A DNA stretch of 64,000 bases from Mobula hypostoma. Taxonomy: Eukaryota. Below are positions 62,001 through 64,000 of the stretch, piece after piece. The stretch's first letter is position 1. Each line of letters begins with the position of its first letter. A program made the translations under genes and the position numbers. The DNA lies in NCBI RefSeq assembly GCF_963921235.1, contig NC_086108.1, positions 7,936,001 to 8,000,000 on the forward strand. Reading direction: 5' to 3'. The notes beneath the pieces are model-generated. The model ran no database searches and was not told the origin of the DNA. It saw nothing but the letters and a program-made list of their open reading frames with translations.

Positions 62001-63793
62001 GGAAGCGAAAGCTGAGCTTGATCAACTGGTAGACCACAAGGTGATAGCTCCGGTCCATGAACCTTCAAGGTGGCTTAGCCAGTTAGTGGTCGCAGAGAAA
62101 AACGGCAATCTTTGTATATGCATTGACCCTCGACCATTGAGCAAAGCGCTGAGGAGAGAACACTGCCCCCTCCCAGTGATAGAGGACATTTTGCCAGATC
62201 TTCACCAGGCTATGGTTTTCAGCAAGCTTGACAGGAGTTCTGCATTCTGGCAAGTGAAATTGGACAGTGAATCAAGCGTGCTCACCACTTTCAACACACC
62301 TTTCGGGCGGTATAGATGGCTCAGACTCCTGTTTGGAACCAGCGTTTCATCAGAGATCTTCCAGCGCAGGCTGCATCAGGCGCTGGAAGGACTACTGGGA
62401 GTGATCTGCGTCTCAGACGACATACTGGTGTACGGAAAAGGGGAAACGCAGGAAAAGGCAATCGCCGATCACGATGGGAAACTTGAGTAGCTATTACAGC
62501 GTTGTGCAGGGCAGCATATCAGGCTCAACAAGAACAAATCTGTCTTCAGAGCGACAGATAACGTTTTTGGGGCATCTCATCACAAGTGAGGGACTTCAGC
62601 CTGATGCTAGAAAGGTCGCTGACGTTCTCAACATGCCAGTACCTAAGGATGTGCAGGGAGTGCAGCGATTGATTGGATTTGTCAACTACCTGAGCCGTTT
62701 TCTACCAAGTCTCTCAGATACCCTTGAGCCAATAAGACAGCTGACAAAGCCAGATTTAGCATGGGAGTGGTCAGCTGAGCAGCAAAACGCTGTCTCCAAC
62801 ATCAAGCGGATGGTATGCGGAGCACCGGTGTTAGCATACTACAATTCTAAGGAAGAGCTGACCATCCAGTGTAACGCCAGCAACAAAGGCCTAGGGGCAG
62901 CACTCCTCCAGAATGGACGTCCGATCGCATATGCAAGCAGAGCACTAACAGACACAGGAACGCGTTACGCAGCGACCGAAAAGGAAATGCTCACAATCGT
63001 TTTCACACTTGAGCGTTTTCATCAATACACTTTTGGCTGCTTCACGAGAACACTCAGTGATCACAAACTGCTCGAGATGATAGTTAAGAAGCCGTTGGTG
63101 AAGGTGCCAAAACGCCTACAGGGAATGCTTCTTCACCTGCAGGGCTATGACTTCAACATCACCTACTGTCAAGGAAAGCTCATGCACCTCGCGGATACGT
63201 TATCGCAAGCAGTTAGCGGTCCTCCAGGCCAGGAGAACAGCTTCGACAAAGTCAACATGCTATGGCACCTGTCAATCCGCGATGAGCGTCTGGAGCAGAT
63301 TCGCATAGAAACAGCGAAAGATGACACACTACAGACGTTGAAACGCGTAATCATCAGTGGATGGCCGAGCAAACGTGACGCGCTACCAGAGCAACTCACA
63401 CCTTACTATAGCTATAGGGCTGAGCCCGCACGGCTTCATCTTCAAAGGTGAGCGTGTCATCATTCCGCAAAGTGAGCCAAAGCAAATGAAGGAAAGAATT
63501 CATTCGTCACACTTGGGCGTAGAAGGAAGCCTCAGACGCGCACGCCAATCTCTTTTTGGCCGGGCATGAGCAGCGACATCAAGCAATATATTGCTACATG
63601 TGATATTTGTCGCACATACGAAATGAGTCAGCAGAAAGAATCGCTTATGAGTCATGAGGTACCTACTCGGCCGTGGGAATGACCTGTTTACATTCGCGGG
63701 AAAAGAGTAACTCGTCCCCATTGATTACTACAGCAATTTCTTCGAGGTAGATCTTCTTTGTGATACGACCAGCGCAGCGTAGCCCAACACAAG
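56017..63793. repeat. Right arm of the inverted duplication (within the GbX intron upstream of exon 4)
   Basis: Reverse complement of 31861-39626; 50 bp longer in a pentanucleotide tract (~60980-61095), one 1-bp indel and a ~40-bp deletion near 63775. Confidence 0.97.
58969..63793 (+). mobile_element. Mag-like Gypsy, inverted DNA-level copy (LTR 58969-59062, PBS 59063-59078, nested solo LTR 60009-61279)
   Basis: Same gag/PR/RT/RNase H ORFs and the same nested LTR with acaga TSD; interrupted in integrase by a CR1. Confidence 0.93.
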
Positions 63794-64000
63794 GCAGAGT
63801 ACAAAGTAAATGGCAGGATACTTGGTAGTGTGGAGGAGCAGTGGGATCTGGGGGTACATGTCCACAGATCCCTGAAAGTTGCCTCACAGGTGGATAGGGT
63901 AGTTAAGAAAGCTTATGGGGTGTTAGCTTTCATAAGTCGAGGGATAGAGTTTAAGAGTCGCGATGCAATGATGCAGCTCTATCAAACTCTGGTTAGGCCA
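63794..64000 (+). mobile_element. CR1 LINE fragment running off the window
   Basis: EYKVNGRILGSVEEQWDLGVHVHRSLKVASQVDRVVKKAYGVLAFISRGIEF. Confidence 0.88.

Noticed and set aside
58969..63793. Second Gypsy as an independent retrotransposition or an active element
   Set aside because: It shares 8 bp of target flank, the nested LTR, and stops and frameshifts with the left copy, so it is a DNA duplicate of a dead element.
48488..64000. GbX exons 1-3
   Set aside because: No sequence resembling MGC..., LFETHPECK or VMSFIEKSVARL was found by eye in the non-repetitive stretches on either strand; presumed outside the window.

Overview
Vertebrate genomic DNA, most likely a cartilaginous fish (ray/shark, inferred from the CR1/HER1-type LINEs, V-domain SINEs and Penelope family present), and almost saturated with nested transposable elements: CR1, Rex1/Babar, RTE and R4-like LINEs, Tc1, Gypsy LTR elements, solo LTRs and Penelope-like elements with minimal hammerhead ribozymes. 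The only host coding sequence I recognise is the last two exons of a globin X (GbX) gene on the minus strand (48487-48407 and 43792-43661); neither reading frame is in the ORF track, and exons 1-3 are not in the window. These two exons lie in a ~16.4-kb spacer between two near-identical ~7.8-kb inverted arms (31861-39626 and 56017-63793) built around a Mag-like Gypsy element with 94-bp LTRs. The arms show tiered divergence that suggests repeated arm-to-arm homogenisation, and the 3' end of GbX is potentially invertible. Other notable items are TSD-flanked fold-back Penelope insertions pivoting on hammerhead ribozymes, an RTE LINE with twin-priming-like 5' inversion geometry, and two tandem arrays seeded from LINE sequence. 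All alignments and difference counts were made by eye and element boundaries are approximate.
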